Shown piece by piece: positions 10,236-23,272 of a stretch of DNA of 64,000 nt (position 1 is its first letter; every line of letters begins with the position of its first letter). A program made the position numbers and the translations under genes. Source of the stretch: Podarcis bocagei (taxonomy: Eukaryota); the NCBI GenBank assembly GCA_964188305.1, contig OZ076901.1; one strand, given 5' to 3'. The notes beneath the pieces are model-generated. The model was not told the DNA's origin and searched no databases. It was given only the letters and a program-made list of their open reading frames with translations.

Positions 10236-12165
10236 TATAATTGGCTACTAGCCACATTCTGGAGATAGTATGCCTCTGAATATTGCTTGCTGAGGAACAC
10301 GAGTGTGCTGTTGCACTCTGGTTCTGCTTGCGGACTTCTGAGAGGCATTTTTATGTAAACTGCTTAGAGATTTTGATGATTAAGTGGTATATACGGTAAA
10401 TCCTGTCTATATAAATTATCTGCTGGGCCAGTGTAGGAACAGGATGCTGGATTAGATTGACCTTTGGTCTGATCAAGAATCAGGGCTCTTCTTGTACAAG
10501 CATTTGATTCAAAAACTCAGTTTTCTACCTTTCTCTCCTTCTCTGGCTAATAACAGCTTTTGGGGGGCAGAGAACAATTGATATTTGTTTGGGATACGGT
10601 GTAGGGAAATGAGTTGAAAAATGAGTTGGAACTGCAGTACTAATTAAAATTCTTCCTCTCTTATGGATGCTTTTAATCATTAATAAAAGAGTGGTACGGG
10701 GGGATTGGGAGATCCAATCACAGAATTCCTACATTACATCTAGTTTTGTCCGAAGTCCAAAACAAAGCTGAACTCTGGAATCAGTTTCAGGGCCAAACCT
10801 AAGCTCTGGAAGACTTAGCAAGCAATAAAAGAGCTTTTCATACATGTGCAGAGTGCTCTTAGGTTCCAAGAGCTACTTATGTAGATCAGTTATATTGCAG
10901 TCTAAAAGACACAACGCGAAAGGAAAAGCAATTGGAAGGCAGAAAGGGGAGAAAGCAACCTCAGACACTAGCTCTTAGTTATAAACTTCTCATAAGGAGC
11001 AGCTGCTGGAATGGAAATAATTCAAGGAGCCCAATGCTAATGGAGAGGCCTTGCTTCTTTGTGCTCCCTCTGCTGTGACCTGTTGAAGTGGCTGCTTCTG
11101 GGGGACAGTTGATGGAGTGAAGGTCCAATGGAGCTGGTCTTTTAGCAGAACTGATGGAGCAGGCCTGTTTTCCTCCTCTGCCGCTGCTGCAGCCAGGCAA
11201 CAGCTAAGAGAAGGTGAAGCCTGATGGAGTTGGCTTCTCAGCAGAGCCAATGGCCACCTAAAACTTACAAACGGGGAACTCTTACTTACAAGTACTGAAC
11301 TGATTATTGCCTTAATAACGATCTCTGTCTTATTTACGACAGAGATCTTTATTAAGGCAATTATCAGTACAGACTCAGCAGCAGACACAGTGCTCAGGAG
11401 TCATGATCCAGGAACAGGATGAGAAGTTCCAAACCGGAAAGAAGTAACAAAGATGTCCCAACAAGTTTCCCTGCCCCCCCCAAACTTGTAAAGACATGCT
11501 CACTCCCTGTTCCCTGCACCCTGCACCACTGCACGGGGGGGGGGGGGGGGAGACCTTGGCCCTCCAGTGGTCACTGAACTACAGCTCCCATCAGCCCCAC
11601 CAAGCATGGCCATTGGCCAAGGATGATGGGAGTTGGAGCTCAGCAACATCTGAAGAGCCCAAAAATCCTCACACCCATATTTATCATACAGTCATCTTAG
11701 CAATGCTGAGAAAGTTATCTGCAATCTTAACTGTAATAGTTGTGCCGGTTTAACACACATTTAAACTCTAATTATCACTGACAGCAATCTTTGCATCTCA
11801 TTTCAACTCCCAACTTAAGATTTTCTCCATTATATACCTGCCAACTAAGATTTTGCTTCCCGCATATGGTGAAATGGGTGTGAGTCCACAAAAGCTTCAT
11901 ACTGTAATAAATTGGTTAGTCTTTAAGGTGCTACAAGGCTCTTTGTTGCTTTCACACGCAAAAGTGGGCCCTTTAAGAGTGACAGTGACAACAAGAGGTC
12001 CATTGCCATGGCATTATTAAAGTGCAATACAGCTAAATTTCCATTCTGTTGATTTCAGTGGGGTATGTTTAACTCTATCATGGTGAAATCAACAACATTT
12101 AGAATTCCATTAACCATGCGAGGGATCATGTCCTACATCTGATTGATGTGAGTTTTGCTCTGATA

Positions 12166-12445
12166 CAGTGGTTCCCAAAGGGGGTGGTACTGCCCCTCTG
12201 GGGAGTGTTGAGATCACTTGGGGGGCACTAAGAGGCAAGGGGGCTGCAGGGTGGCGCTGGGGGCATAAATGACTATCAGACTTTAAAAAGCTGGCATCAC
12301 AGGATCCAGTTTATCAGTTTTGTTGAGTTAATTAAACTAAATGCTGTAGGTGTAATTGGATTTTGAATAAATGTGCAATTAATTGTTACAGTTTTGCATT
12401 TTACTGTGTTATTATTTTCCTTAGTGGGTCATGTAAACCACTATT

Positions 12446-12504
<59 letters not shown>

Positions 12505-12779
12505 CAACAACAACAATTTATTTATACCCCACCCATCTGGCTGGGTTTCCCCAGCCACTCTGGGCGGCTCCCGATTGAATATTAAAAACACAATACAGCA
12601 TTAAACATTAAAAACTTCCCTAAACAGGGCTGCCTTCAGATGTCTTTTAAAAGTAGGATAGTTGCTTATTTCCTTGAAATCTGATGGGAGGACGTTTCAC
12701 AATAATAATAATAATGCCTTTTATAGGGGAGGAGGCACTGGGAATGAGTTTATGGGATCAAAAATTTTGAGAACCACTG
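12166..12779. mobile_element. Non-autonomous hAT element with a nested L2 3' end
   Basis: TIRs CAGTGGTTC...GAACCACTG; 8-bp TSD ctctgata/ctttgata; L2 tail with (TAA)n at ~12450-12700. Confidence 0.8.
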
Positions 12780-13686
12780 CTTTGATACATGTCTTGAAGA
12801 ATGGACTGCAATGATAATTCATAATCCATCCAATGACTGGTGGATTTTCTCCTCAGATTGGCCAGTATACCTGGATCCTCTTTCATTTTTTTTTAATGGA
12901 AGGAATGTAGATTTGCTGGCTTGAAGGAGTCACATAGAGCTAATTGTCCCACAGGAACTTTGTCCTGTAGAGGAAAAAAAACTTTGATCATGGAAAAAAA
13001 ATTAGATAAATTCCTGCCCCTATAATTCCTGTTTATTAGCCCTGATAACAGGAATTGAGCTTCGATGTCCAAACAGGCAGTATACCTCTGGATACCCAAT
13101 GCTGGGACCCAGTACATGGGGTGGCCATTACCTTGGTGCCTTCTTGGTGATGCCATCTGCTTCCAGAGTGCCTGGGTGGCCTTTATGGGAATTCTGGCTT
13201 TTGTGAACCTTTCTTGCAGTGCTGTTTAGTCTGAAAGAAGCAAGTTGATGGTGAATGTGCTATGCTGATATCCTACCTCAAAACAGGGAGCTGAATTAAA
13301 AGCCCCTTGAAATACAATCTAAGAGGTCACTGCCTCGAACTGAAATTAAATTTCAAGAAGTTTTGAGGTTGTGTTCTGAGCACCTTGGAAGCTTTTTGGG
13401 GATTCGTCTGTAGGAAGAGAAAAGAAAAGAAAAAAGTAGGAGCAGATAAGCTTTCCTTCCTTGGTCCTGAGTTGCAAGGGAGGGGGTCGAGGGTGTTTGT
13501 GGGTAGCCCAAGACACTTGGTCAGTTAATGTGAATGTGTTGCACAGAGCACATCCCAGGATTTTCTCCAGTGCATCTGCGCTCCTGCATCTCAGTTCACT
13601 GGAGTTAGAAAGAAAGTTTGGAAACTTCCAAGTGGAGGTGCAGATTCCCCAGCTGCTGATAAGCTAACTTTGCTGCTACTTTAGAC

Positions 13687-13845
13687 CAGAGCTTCCTAAA
13701 CTATGTGTCACGCAACACATTAGTGTGCCGGCTGCGGTGAGTAGGGGCTGGAAAGGGGTTAGTTTAACCTCTGGTTTGCTAGTAAAACTGAATTACAGTG
13801 TCACGAAATGATGTGTCACCAATGTGAGAAGTTTGGAAAGCTCTG
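13687..13845. mobile_element. Short non-autonomous hAT element
   Basis: TIRs CAGAGCTT...AAGCTCTG; perfect 8-bp TSD CTTTAGAC. Confidence 0.85.
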
Positions 13846-16800
13846 CTTTAGACCTTCTAGTCTCCTCAGATAAAACATCCCTGAGTCCTTCACTTGAAGG
13901 ATCACCTCACCCCACATGTATGTGCCCACTCTCCTGCCTCTATGGAACAGGCACTTTGACAAGGGCCATATCATATTCATTCCGCACTTGCAAAGAATCA
14001 GTCCTGCAATGTGGTAGCACTTCAAACTCCCTGTCTATTGACATCAGGCGGGAGCCTATTGTTTTCAGTACCTGCTGGAAAAAAATTTAGGCAAGCCCAT
14101 CTAAGTATGTATGTATGTTTGTTGGTTTAAAAGTTGCTGGCTTTATTTGTATTTTTTTAATATCACTTCAATATCAGCTTGTTTTGTATGCTTGACGAAT
14201 GGTTTCTGTAAACTGTTTCAATGGCATTGTTGATTAGTATAGAAAACTTGTTAGATAAATAAATATGACCACATATTTATTTTTTTGAGTCTTGCAGGGC
14301 TCAGCATAACCACTCTTGAACTCTGCAGCCAGTTGCCTTTTCGGCCCATCAGCCTTCCCCCGCAGCTCTCCTATTTGTGATATTCCATCCTGTGTCATCT
14401 GCAAAGGCCTTAAGTCTGATGGATTGGAATGTATCCAATATTCACCCTACTCAGAGTAGACCCATTGAAACGAATGGCTATGACTGAGCTTAGCTCTGTC
14501 CATTTCATATGGATATCACCTGACAATCTCTCTTGCAGACTTTGCAAGTTCAAGGTGACTTATTCCAAGAAGAGATCTGGAGCCTATTATTTCTAATCTC
14601 CACCTCCTCGCCTTTCTCACTCTGCCGGCTCCTCCTGAGCCAATCAGGAAGCTTCCAGGGCTGGGTTGGAGGGGCTCCTCCCTCCCAAAGTGCAAAATTA
14701 CACCTCTCTTTCCTAAGCCTCGCTCTGTAAACAGCAGAGCCCTTTGCTTTCATGTGTGCAGCGATTAAAAAGGGGGAAAGGAAAAACAGAGGAGGATTGT
14801 CGCTTACTCAGCAAAAGCTGGTTTAGAAAATGTGGCCGGCTTCCAGATTGCTGGGTGCATTTGCATCGATGTGACTGAAGGGCTTCACTGAGCCTTCTCT
14901 CGCCTGCACAGCCAGGAGGTGCCCGGTATTGACATCTAAAATTGCAGCAGGCTCCACAGTCCTGTAAGTTGCCGGCTGTTTGAATTTGGGGGTGAGGGTG
15001 GTGGTTTCTTTTTTTTCCCCTTTCCCAGATTTTCTTTCTGTTTTGCTTCCTCCAACTTTGTGGTTCCGAGTTTGCTCCTTTGATCTGACAGTTGGCACAG
15101 GGACTCGCCTTCTGGACCCCTCTGCTGGTGGCTAATTTTTTTGCAGGAATAAAAAAAGTGCAGGGCCTCTCTGTGATGAAGGGATGAATGAATGATGCAA
15201 TCCTGAACAGGCAAAGCATCAGCATCTGTCCTGATGCATGCAGGATGTTCAGGATGCCTCGCTCTGAGGTTCTGCTTTCCCTCTGAGGAAGGATGGGTCA
15301 GAGAGAAGCTAAATTCAAACTATCAACAGTACTGGTTAGAAACAAACAGAAATTTCAACTTCCATATAAATTGTCTGAGGATAGCAGGTAGATCCTGCTT
15401 CTTAATACTAAAGAACAGCTGGATCAGACAAAAAGTCCCATCTAGTCAAATAGTGTCTAGCCAGACAATCTTTCCAGGAAGCCCTCAAGAAGCGATGGTG
15501 ATTCCAGTGATTTGGCTGTCAGAGGTATGCACTCTCTGACCATGGAGGTTCTCTGAGTCAACTTTTGCCAACTTGGTGGCATCCAGCTGTTTTGAACTAC
15601 AACTCCCATCAGCCCCAGCCAGCATTCTGGCTGGGGTTGATGGAAATGTAGTCCAAAACAGCTGGATGCCACCAAGTTGGCAAATACTACATTAAGCTAT
15701 TGTCACTAAAAGTTCTGTTATCTTTTATTTTCCATTGATTTTTCCCTATCATTTTTAAAAGCTACACACTGCATTCCTAACCATCCTACTCAGAAGTAAG
15801 TCCCAACGAATCCTGTGGGGCTTACTCCCAACAGGTAAGTAAGGTTAGGACCACAACCTTAAGCTACTTAGTTAATTGCACACTGAGTGAAGAAAGCAGT
15901 TCAGGTCTTTTACCCACAAGGGTGAGTGCATTAAAAGCCGATCTGAGTGAGGTCATCCGTGCCAGAGAGAAAACACAAGCTAATGTGGAGGGGAGGCTTT
16001 TTAAAAGGAAGACTATTCTTCTGGAAGAATAAATTATGTAAGAGCCCTCCCATTTCCCAAGGCTGCAATCCTGTACTCAGTTATGTATGCACACAGAAGG
16101 GCCCTCTTGTTCCAGCGGGAAGCATATGATGTAACTTGGTGTAGGATTGCAACATCTGTTTGTGTATGCTCTCTTCTCACTGAACTGTTTGCCCTTCTCA
16201 GCCTTTCAGCACTAAGGACAATGCCCCAGACTGGTCAGCAGTTCAGTGAGGGCATAGAAAGTGTGGGGCAGGGGAGATATGGACACCCAGCAAACTGCGA
16301 TTCATAAGTAGACCACGGAATCACCCTGATTACAGGAAGCCTCTCCCAGATCCTGCTAATTCCGAGCTTTCCAGGACCTACTTGCATACAGGCTATTTTA
16401 TGCCTCCACCAGGCCTAGAAACTTGAAGGTTTTCTTTTTAAATCTAAAGTTCTCAGGAAGCTGGGTTTCTTCCAAGGGCAGATACCAAATGCCACACAGA
16501 AAGCTTGCAGCCTGGCTGGAATCAGATTTTATGACTAGCATGGTATGACTTGTTTTCTGAAGATAGAAAAGGGGGAAATGAACACTTCTCATGCAATCTG
16601 TCAAATGCAAATCATAAATTGAAGTGTGCTGTAATTACTGGTTCACTTCAGAAGCTATTGTTGTTGTTGCTTTTTACCCAAGATCTGGTCCCAAAGTAGT
16701 TTATTTATTAAAATTATTGTGTTCATGTCCTACTTGTGGGCTTCCTTTGAGGAATCTGGCTGGTCCTTGTGGAAACAGGATGCTGAGCTCACCCTTCCCA

Positions 16801-19299
16801 AACACCCTATGCCAGAACAATCAAACAAACAAAGCAATCCAATTCATTCTCACTTCCCCCATTCTGTTTTCTTCTTTCATCCACACCCCTAGCAGACCAG
16901 GAATGGGACCATCACCTTATGTAGGTTTGGGTCTGGCCAATGTCTTTGTGGGAGACGGCTTAGGAACCACATGTTGACCACCTTGGGTTTTATGACAGAA
17001 GAAAAGTGGGATATAAATGTACAGAAATAAACAAAAATAAAGAAAATATAGTGAAACCACATAGCAAGAGGTGGTGACGCCCACTAGCTTGAATGGATTT
17101 AAAAGAAGGTTAGACAAAGGGTTTGTCCACACTTCTGCTTGTTCCATGCCTGGAAAGCAAGGGTCTACGAGGTTTTCTGTTTGCCCCACTGCTTGCCCCA
17201 GGAAAACCCACTCTTTACTGCTGGATCAGAACAAACGTCAATCCGCAGAGAACCTGACTGATGTTTGTTCCGATTCAGTGGTAAGGATCAGGTTTTCCTG
17301 GGGGAGAAGTGGTGAGACGAGCAGGTGTGGACGAGCTCCAAAACAGAGGAGGATAAGGCTAGCAATGGCTACTAGCCACAATGGCTATGTCTTACCTCTG
17401 CTGTATGCCTCTGAATGCCAGCGAGACTGATGGGAGTTGCAGTCCAAAACACCAGGAAAGGGGGGGGACAGGTTTGTGAAGTCTGTCCTAAGGTCATTTC
17501 TATGAAGGCATAAATAATAATAGTGAAGCAAAACACTGACCCCAAACCACATCTTTTTATTACTGTGTTAATAATAATGCTTCTTATTTCTACAAATCAC
17601 AGCCTGTGACTGTTTGTAACATCTCTGTGTGCCCCATGAAATCCTGATCCTGCCCAACTCAGGGAGACACCAAACTAAATGCAACCTGCAATCCATGGAT
17701 CATGGCCATTGAAGCGGTTGGCAGTTTCCCTCTTATCGTAATCCCAGGCAGCCAGCAAAAATCGGGAGGGGATTATCAAGGTCCTGGCTGGCCATTGGAC
17801 ATGGCTGTAGGAGCAGCATATGGTTCAGTGGGTTGCGTTGGCTCTTGCTATTGCCTGCAAGCTCCTACTTTTTCCATATACTGCTAGCTGAGTTGCTTTT
17901 GATGCCACAGAATACTCCTACACATCCAGAGTTCTCAAGGGAAAGATCTGAGCAGAAGGGTGTTGACAGTGCAGTTGCTGTGAAGGAAGTTTAGGGAAAG
18001 GACCATTTGGAAATCTCAAAAGTGTTTTGTATGCACCAGCTAGGGCTGATGGGAGTTGTAGTCTAACAGTATCTAGAGGACACCAGGTTGATGTTAACCC
18101 TCAATGTCCATGTTTGGAAAAATGAAAAATCCAGACTCATGGTTCTGACTGAGCAGCAGGACCTGTTAAGTCTCCATAACCTTCTCAACTTTTGCAAGAA
18201 GGAATGGCTTGTTGAAGAAGATCCTCTTGCAGTATGTCTGGCGCCAACGTCACTTTCTGGCAACCTCATCCTTGCCTTGCATCATATGGTCCTGTTGCAA
18301 CCCAGCCTTGGACGGTGGGCGTTACATCATGATTTGAGGACATTATGACGCAGATGCCTTGGCACTGCCCTCCAGGGTCGCTCTTTCAAAACTGGCAGCC
18401 CAGCACAGAGCTCTGGGTTCTGGTTGGATGTTCAGCCTTCCCTAGGGCCTGGAAAAAACCTCAGGTAGCTGGGCCTGTTCCAAAGATGTCAACACGTGCC
18501 TTGCTGACTCTATTGTGCAATGATGCGTCACTGCGCAAGGTGTCCCAGCCCTGCCCCAGAGTCAAAGCTCCCTCCTCCCACCCCACTGCAGCTCTGCCTG
18601 GCTCAGAACCAACAGGCAAGTCAAGGCTGCAAAGCAGGCTATGAGGCCTACCAGGACAGCAAGACTGTTTCAGAGTCTGTCTGTATCCGCACCACAACAA
18701 ATGTAAACCTCCTTCGTTCATAGCTGCACCCTACCCAGGAAACCCTGAGAACTGCAGTGTACATCTGGAGGGCAGAGTAGTGCCCTCCAGATGCTTCAGA
18801 ATCACAACTCCCATCATCACCCCTGTCCGTCAGCTGTGTTGTCTGCTGGGGCTGATGGGAGTTGTGGTCCAACAACCACCATGTTGCTTGCCCCTGTATA
18901 GAATTCTCAAGACCAAATGATGCTTCAAAATATTCTTTGGACTTATCTATGGCAATAAAAGTGATGCGACAGCCAGTTCCTAGTCAGTTGTAGTGGTAAC
19001 CGTTGTATCAGGGTATCATCAGGGGGCAATACAAGGAAATTGGAAGCCTCTAAGTCAGCCTTTCTCAGGCTTAGGGCCCCAGATATTGTTGGACTACAAC
19101 TCCATCCCTAGCTACAAGGATCAGGGTCAGGGAGTTGTAGTCCAACAATATCTGGGGACCCCAGTTTGAGAAAGGCTGCTCTAGATACATGGGTAGTTGG
19201 TATGGGGCCCTCCATAAGTTGTTGGGCTACAACTGACATCACCCCTGACCATTGGGAAATGAAGTCCAACAATATTTGGAGGGAATCATATTGGCTACC

Positions 19300-19551
19300 C
19301 CCACTCCAATACTTTGGCCACCTCATGAGAAGAGAAGACTCCCTGGAAAAGACCCTGATGTTGGGAAAGATTGAGGGCACAAGGAGAAGGGGACGACAGA
19401 GGACGAGATGTTTGGACAGTGTTCTCGAAGCTACCAGCATGAGTTTGACCAAACTGCGGGAGGCAGTGGAAGACAGGAGTGCCTGGCGTGCTCTAGTCCA
19501 TGGGGTCACGAAGAGTTGGACATGACTAAACGACTAAACAACAACAACAAC
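19300..19551 (+). mobile_element. BovB (RTE) LINE 3' fragment
   Basis: LQYFGHLMRREDSLEKTLMLGKIEGTRRRGRQR...; (CAA)n tail. Confidence 0.9.
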
Positions 19552-20515
19552 ACTCTTAAGAATATTCCCCAGGCAAATGCCATCCCTTGGGGGACTTAGT
19601 GTGGAGGGCTGTCCCGCCTTGATCCCTGGGGTGTTTATATAGAAGGGGGAGATACCTGACTTAGTACACATTTAAAAGTGAACATACCTAATTTGCACTT
19701 TCTGAAACAAAATGTGAACCGATGCACAACCATGCTTTTCAATTCACACTTTCCGAAATATTGCAATGCAGTTTTCCAGTCAAGTAATGTGTACAAAAAT
19801 ACATGTACTGAAGTATACATATAAGTGCATATATTAGTGGAAACAATATTTTTACAGTATTTTATAAGGGGAATTGTTCTGCAAAAATGTGCTTTCTTTG
19901 GGCATCCTTTGTGGCACCAAGGTGTGTCTGGCACCTTCACTATAAAGCTTTCATCCTATGCTGAAGACGCACCTCTTCACCCTGTCCTTAGACAACTGAT
20001 ATAAATTTAAGATCCACTCTATTTGTGACTGTAATTTATTTTTAAGCTGTTTTTATTATTGTACTTTACACTGTTGTGATTATTTGATGAAAGCATTTGC
20101 AGTGTGATTGCAGGGGGGTTGGATGGCAGTGAAGACAGGAGAGGAGGCAGCCAGCACTGGAGGGAATAGCATTCTCTTCCAAGAGGTTCACTAAATGCCA
20201 AAATCTCTTATTTGACTCTTTACGTCAGTGAAGGCAGCAGCTCCCAGAAGGGTTAACTCAGCCAGGGAGCCAACCTTGACTGATTGCCCACTCCTGCACT
20301 GCCCCCATGGCCAGCAAATCAGCAGCCACTTCCGCCCCCCTCTACTGCCACCCACTCCCTCTCAAAAAGGAGTCACAGGGCTCGCTTCTCCCTCTCTACA
20401 CCAAGCTACCAGCCCCACAGGACCCTCTTCCAAGATGGCTCAACACAGGGTTCAGTGTGCCGATATCCAGAACGACCTCATCTTCCTCTCCCACAACAGG
20501 AAGCCCGTCAAAAGG

Positions 20516-20655
20516 ATGTCCTCTCTTATGGAGCTGAAGGAAGTCTTCCAAAACGCTGATGCCGTCTGCTTTGATGTGGACAGCACGGTCATCAAAGAGG
20601 AAGGCATCGACGAGCTGGCGAAATTCTGCGGCGTTGGAGACGCAGTGGCCGAAAT
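20516..20655 (+). CDS. PSPH: PSPH (phosphoserine phosphatase) first coding exon (140 nt CDS; acceptor at 20498-20499)
   Basis: [46 protein letters not shown]; HAD motif I DVDST; GTACGT donor. Confidence 0.96.
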
Positions 20656-22197
20656 GTACGTAAGGCTGTCTCTCATTTGCTTCTGCAGAGATCTGTCCCC
20701 TCCCTTCCCAAGGGGCAAAGGCATTGAGCTCCATCCCCGACCCGGATCCTGCCATACCTGATACCAGCTGGCTGTTGGGGAAGCCTTTTTTGTAAGCAGG
20801 CTAGTGAGAATTTGTAAAGGCTAGTCTTTGGGGTGGGGGACCTAAATGCAAGAATGAACATTTGGGGGATGCTGCTGAGAAGTGGCTCAGAGACACCTCT
20901 GGGCCTGGCCTCTACGGCATCCTTTCAGGACAGGAGCCTCTTGCAGGGGTAGGGAGGGCAAGCTCTGAGGCTGGGCATGGGCCACTACTGGCAAACCTTG
21001 TTACCATGCATTAGGCAGAGAAAACAGCCAATCCTTGCATGTTTGTGTAACGTGTAATGAAGTTGCTTTAAAAACTTTTCCCTTTTTCGCACTTAGACTC
21101 TGACTTCTGTGTGCTGTGGGGCTCTACAGTGGTCTCCCATCCACATTCTGGACCAAGCCCATACCTCCTTAGCTTTGCCACAAGGTTATGTGAGCAGAGA
21201 GCACTTACCAACTTCCTTTCCCTGGCATACTGAACTAGCAGGCAACCATCCTTCTTTCCCAACCAATCAGCAATCTTCTCTCCAACCTGAAAAACTTGTC
21301 TGCTTGTGGCTCAGTCTGAAACTTCTGGCAGGCCTGAGGTTGGTTTAGCTCAGCCCTCCAGATGTTTTGGGCTACACTTCCCATCAGTCCCAGCTAACAG
21401 GAGGTGTCGTCCAAAACATCAGGATGGCATAAAGGTTTGGGATGGCAGGCTTAGTGGGGCCATTCTGTATGGTGACCCCAAACCATAGGAAACACAACTA
21501 GATCATGTGCTTCCACATCTGGTGTGGGATAAGCCACCTTTTAGAGTTTCACAGAACTCATCAGGCAGAATGGAATGCAGCATTTCCTGATTCACTTGGG
21601 ATCCAGCTGGCTAAATCTTCACCCCGCACAGCAGCCCCTAGGAACCCACCTTGATTTATCCATCTGGGACTGATAGGAGTTGCCATCCAAATCATCTGAA
21701 GTGTTTATGGCTGATTTGGGCATTATAGCCACAGATTGATGCTGTGGCTCCCTCTTCCTCTATCAATTTAATCCTCTTTTAAGGCCATCTAACGGTCAAA
21801 ATGACCGTGCCATTAATGGGCTACATGTGTAGTTTTAAACATGTAAATAGCAGCAGAGGATCATGACTGAGACTGCAGTAAACACAGATGGATTTTTTTA
21901 AAGGGGGCAGGGAGGAGCAGCTACCCCCCCCCAATACATAAAAATACATAGCTAACTGAGGTTCTGCGCCCCCCCCCCCAAAAAAAAAATACTGGCTATG
22001 CCCACGAAGGTGGACAGCCCTTGATCTGATCCAGCGGCCATCCTCTTAAATGAGGAACTGAAGCAGACTTCATTTTACCTTGACGTAGCATAACTGCTTG
22101 TGTATGTAAAGCAAACACACACACAGCTGGATGGCTTTATTTTTGCCCTTAAAAAGCCTGGTCTGTATTTCTCTGATTTCTCTGAATCTCAATTTAG

Positions 22198-22332
22198 GAC
22201 TCGAAGAGCGATGGGTGGCACTGTAACGTTCAAGGCTGCTTTGACTGCCCGGCTAGGCCTCATCCGCCCCTCCTATGAACAAGTGCAGAAATTGATATCG
22301 GAGCATCCACCCCAGTTAACACCGGGAATAAG
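22198..22332 (+). CDS. PSPH: PSPH coding exon 2 (135 nt)
   Basis: TRRAMGGTVTFKAALTARLGLIRPSYEQVQKLISEHPPQLTPGI; AG acceptor and GTAAG donor. Confidence 0.96.
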
Positions 22333-23126
22333 GTAAGAGGCATTCTGAACAGTTGGACTCCATGTCCATCCATGGAGATGTCTTCCACATTATCTCCTCC
22401 TCATGGGTTATGATTCCTGAAGAATTGGCTGTAGCGACATTTGAAGCGGGTAGGGAGGATCAAAGACCTACTGTACAATTACGAATTCCACCTTCTTAAC
22501 CAGGCAGAAAGAGGCTGGAAGGCGTCCTTTTCAGTGGGGGAAACCTGTATCTGTCTTTCCCTTTCCCAACACTGTTTGGGACACGCTTGTGAGAGAAAGG
22601 AGCCACTGAACTGCATCAGGGATTCCTCACCTTGTGGTGAGATCCCTCTGCAAAAAGCAATTGTGAAAACTAACAAAAGGGAGAGCGTGTGGATCCATTC
22701 TCCTGGCATCTAATGCCCCCTTTGTTTGCTCCAGTTACCTTTTAGCAGCAGATGCTCCCCAGTCAATTGCACCCCAGTCCTTATGGGTCCCAGAGAAAAG
22801 CCTGACAATGTAGAATTGGAAGGAACAAAATGAGGGGGGGGGGTGTCATTCAGCTCCCTGCATGCAAGCAAGACTCTTCTTCACTCACCAACATCCTTTC
22901 TAAAATGGCTCAGCATAGAGGAAGACCTGTGAGGAAGTCCATGGCCACTTACTTTCCTGGGCCATTCCTTTATTTGAAGCCTGTTACTGAGCCTGGAAGC
23001 CTTTCTTGCACTGTGCTGCAGCTGTGTGTGAAGGGGGTGGAGGGAGGGCAGAAAGCAAAAGAGAAGCATCTTAATGAATCCTGCCCTGACACATGGACCT
23101 TAGCCACCCTCTCCTGTTCCTCACAG

Positions 23127-23272
23127 GGAACTAGTCAACCGGCTCCACCAGCGAGGTGTCCAGGTCTTCTTAATCTCCGGGGGGTTTCAGAGCATCGTGG
23201 AACACGTGGCTTTGCAGCTCAACATCCCAACAGCAAACGTCTTTGCCAACAGGTTGAAGTTCTACTTCAATG
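23127..23272 (+). CDS. PSPH: PSPH coding exon 3 (146 nt)
   Basis: ELVNRLHQRGVQVFLISGGFQSIVEHVALQLNIPTANVFANRLKFYFN; SGG motif II. Confidence 0.96.

Noticed and set aside
10990-11388. 132-aa minus-strand ORF with hydrophobic N-terminus
   Set aside because: Non-ATG start; overlaps the palindrome and a dispersed repeat also seen at ~55200-55320; no recognisable domain
20228-20515. N-terminal extension of PSPH (177-aa ORF from 20228)
   Set aside because: A polypyrimidine tract and AG at 20498-20499 mark the exon start; the upstream frame is intronic and homology begins at ATG 20516
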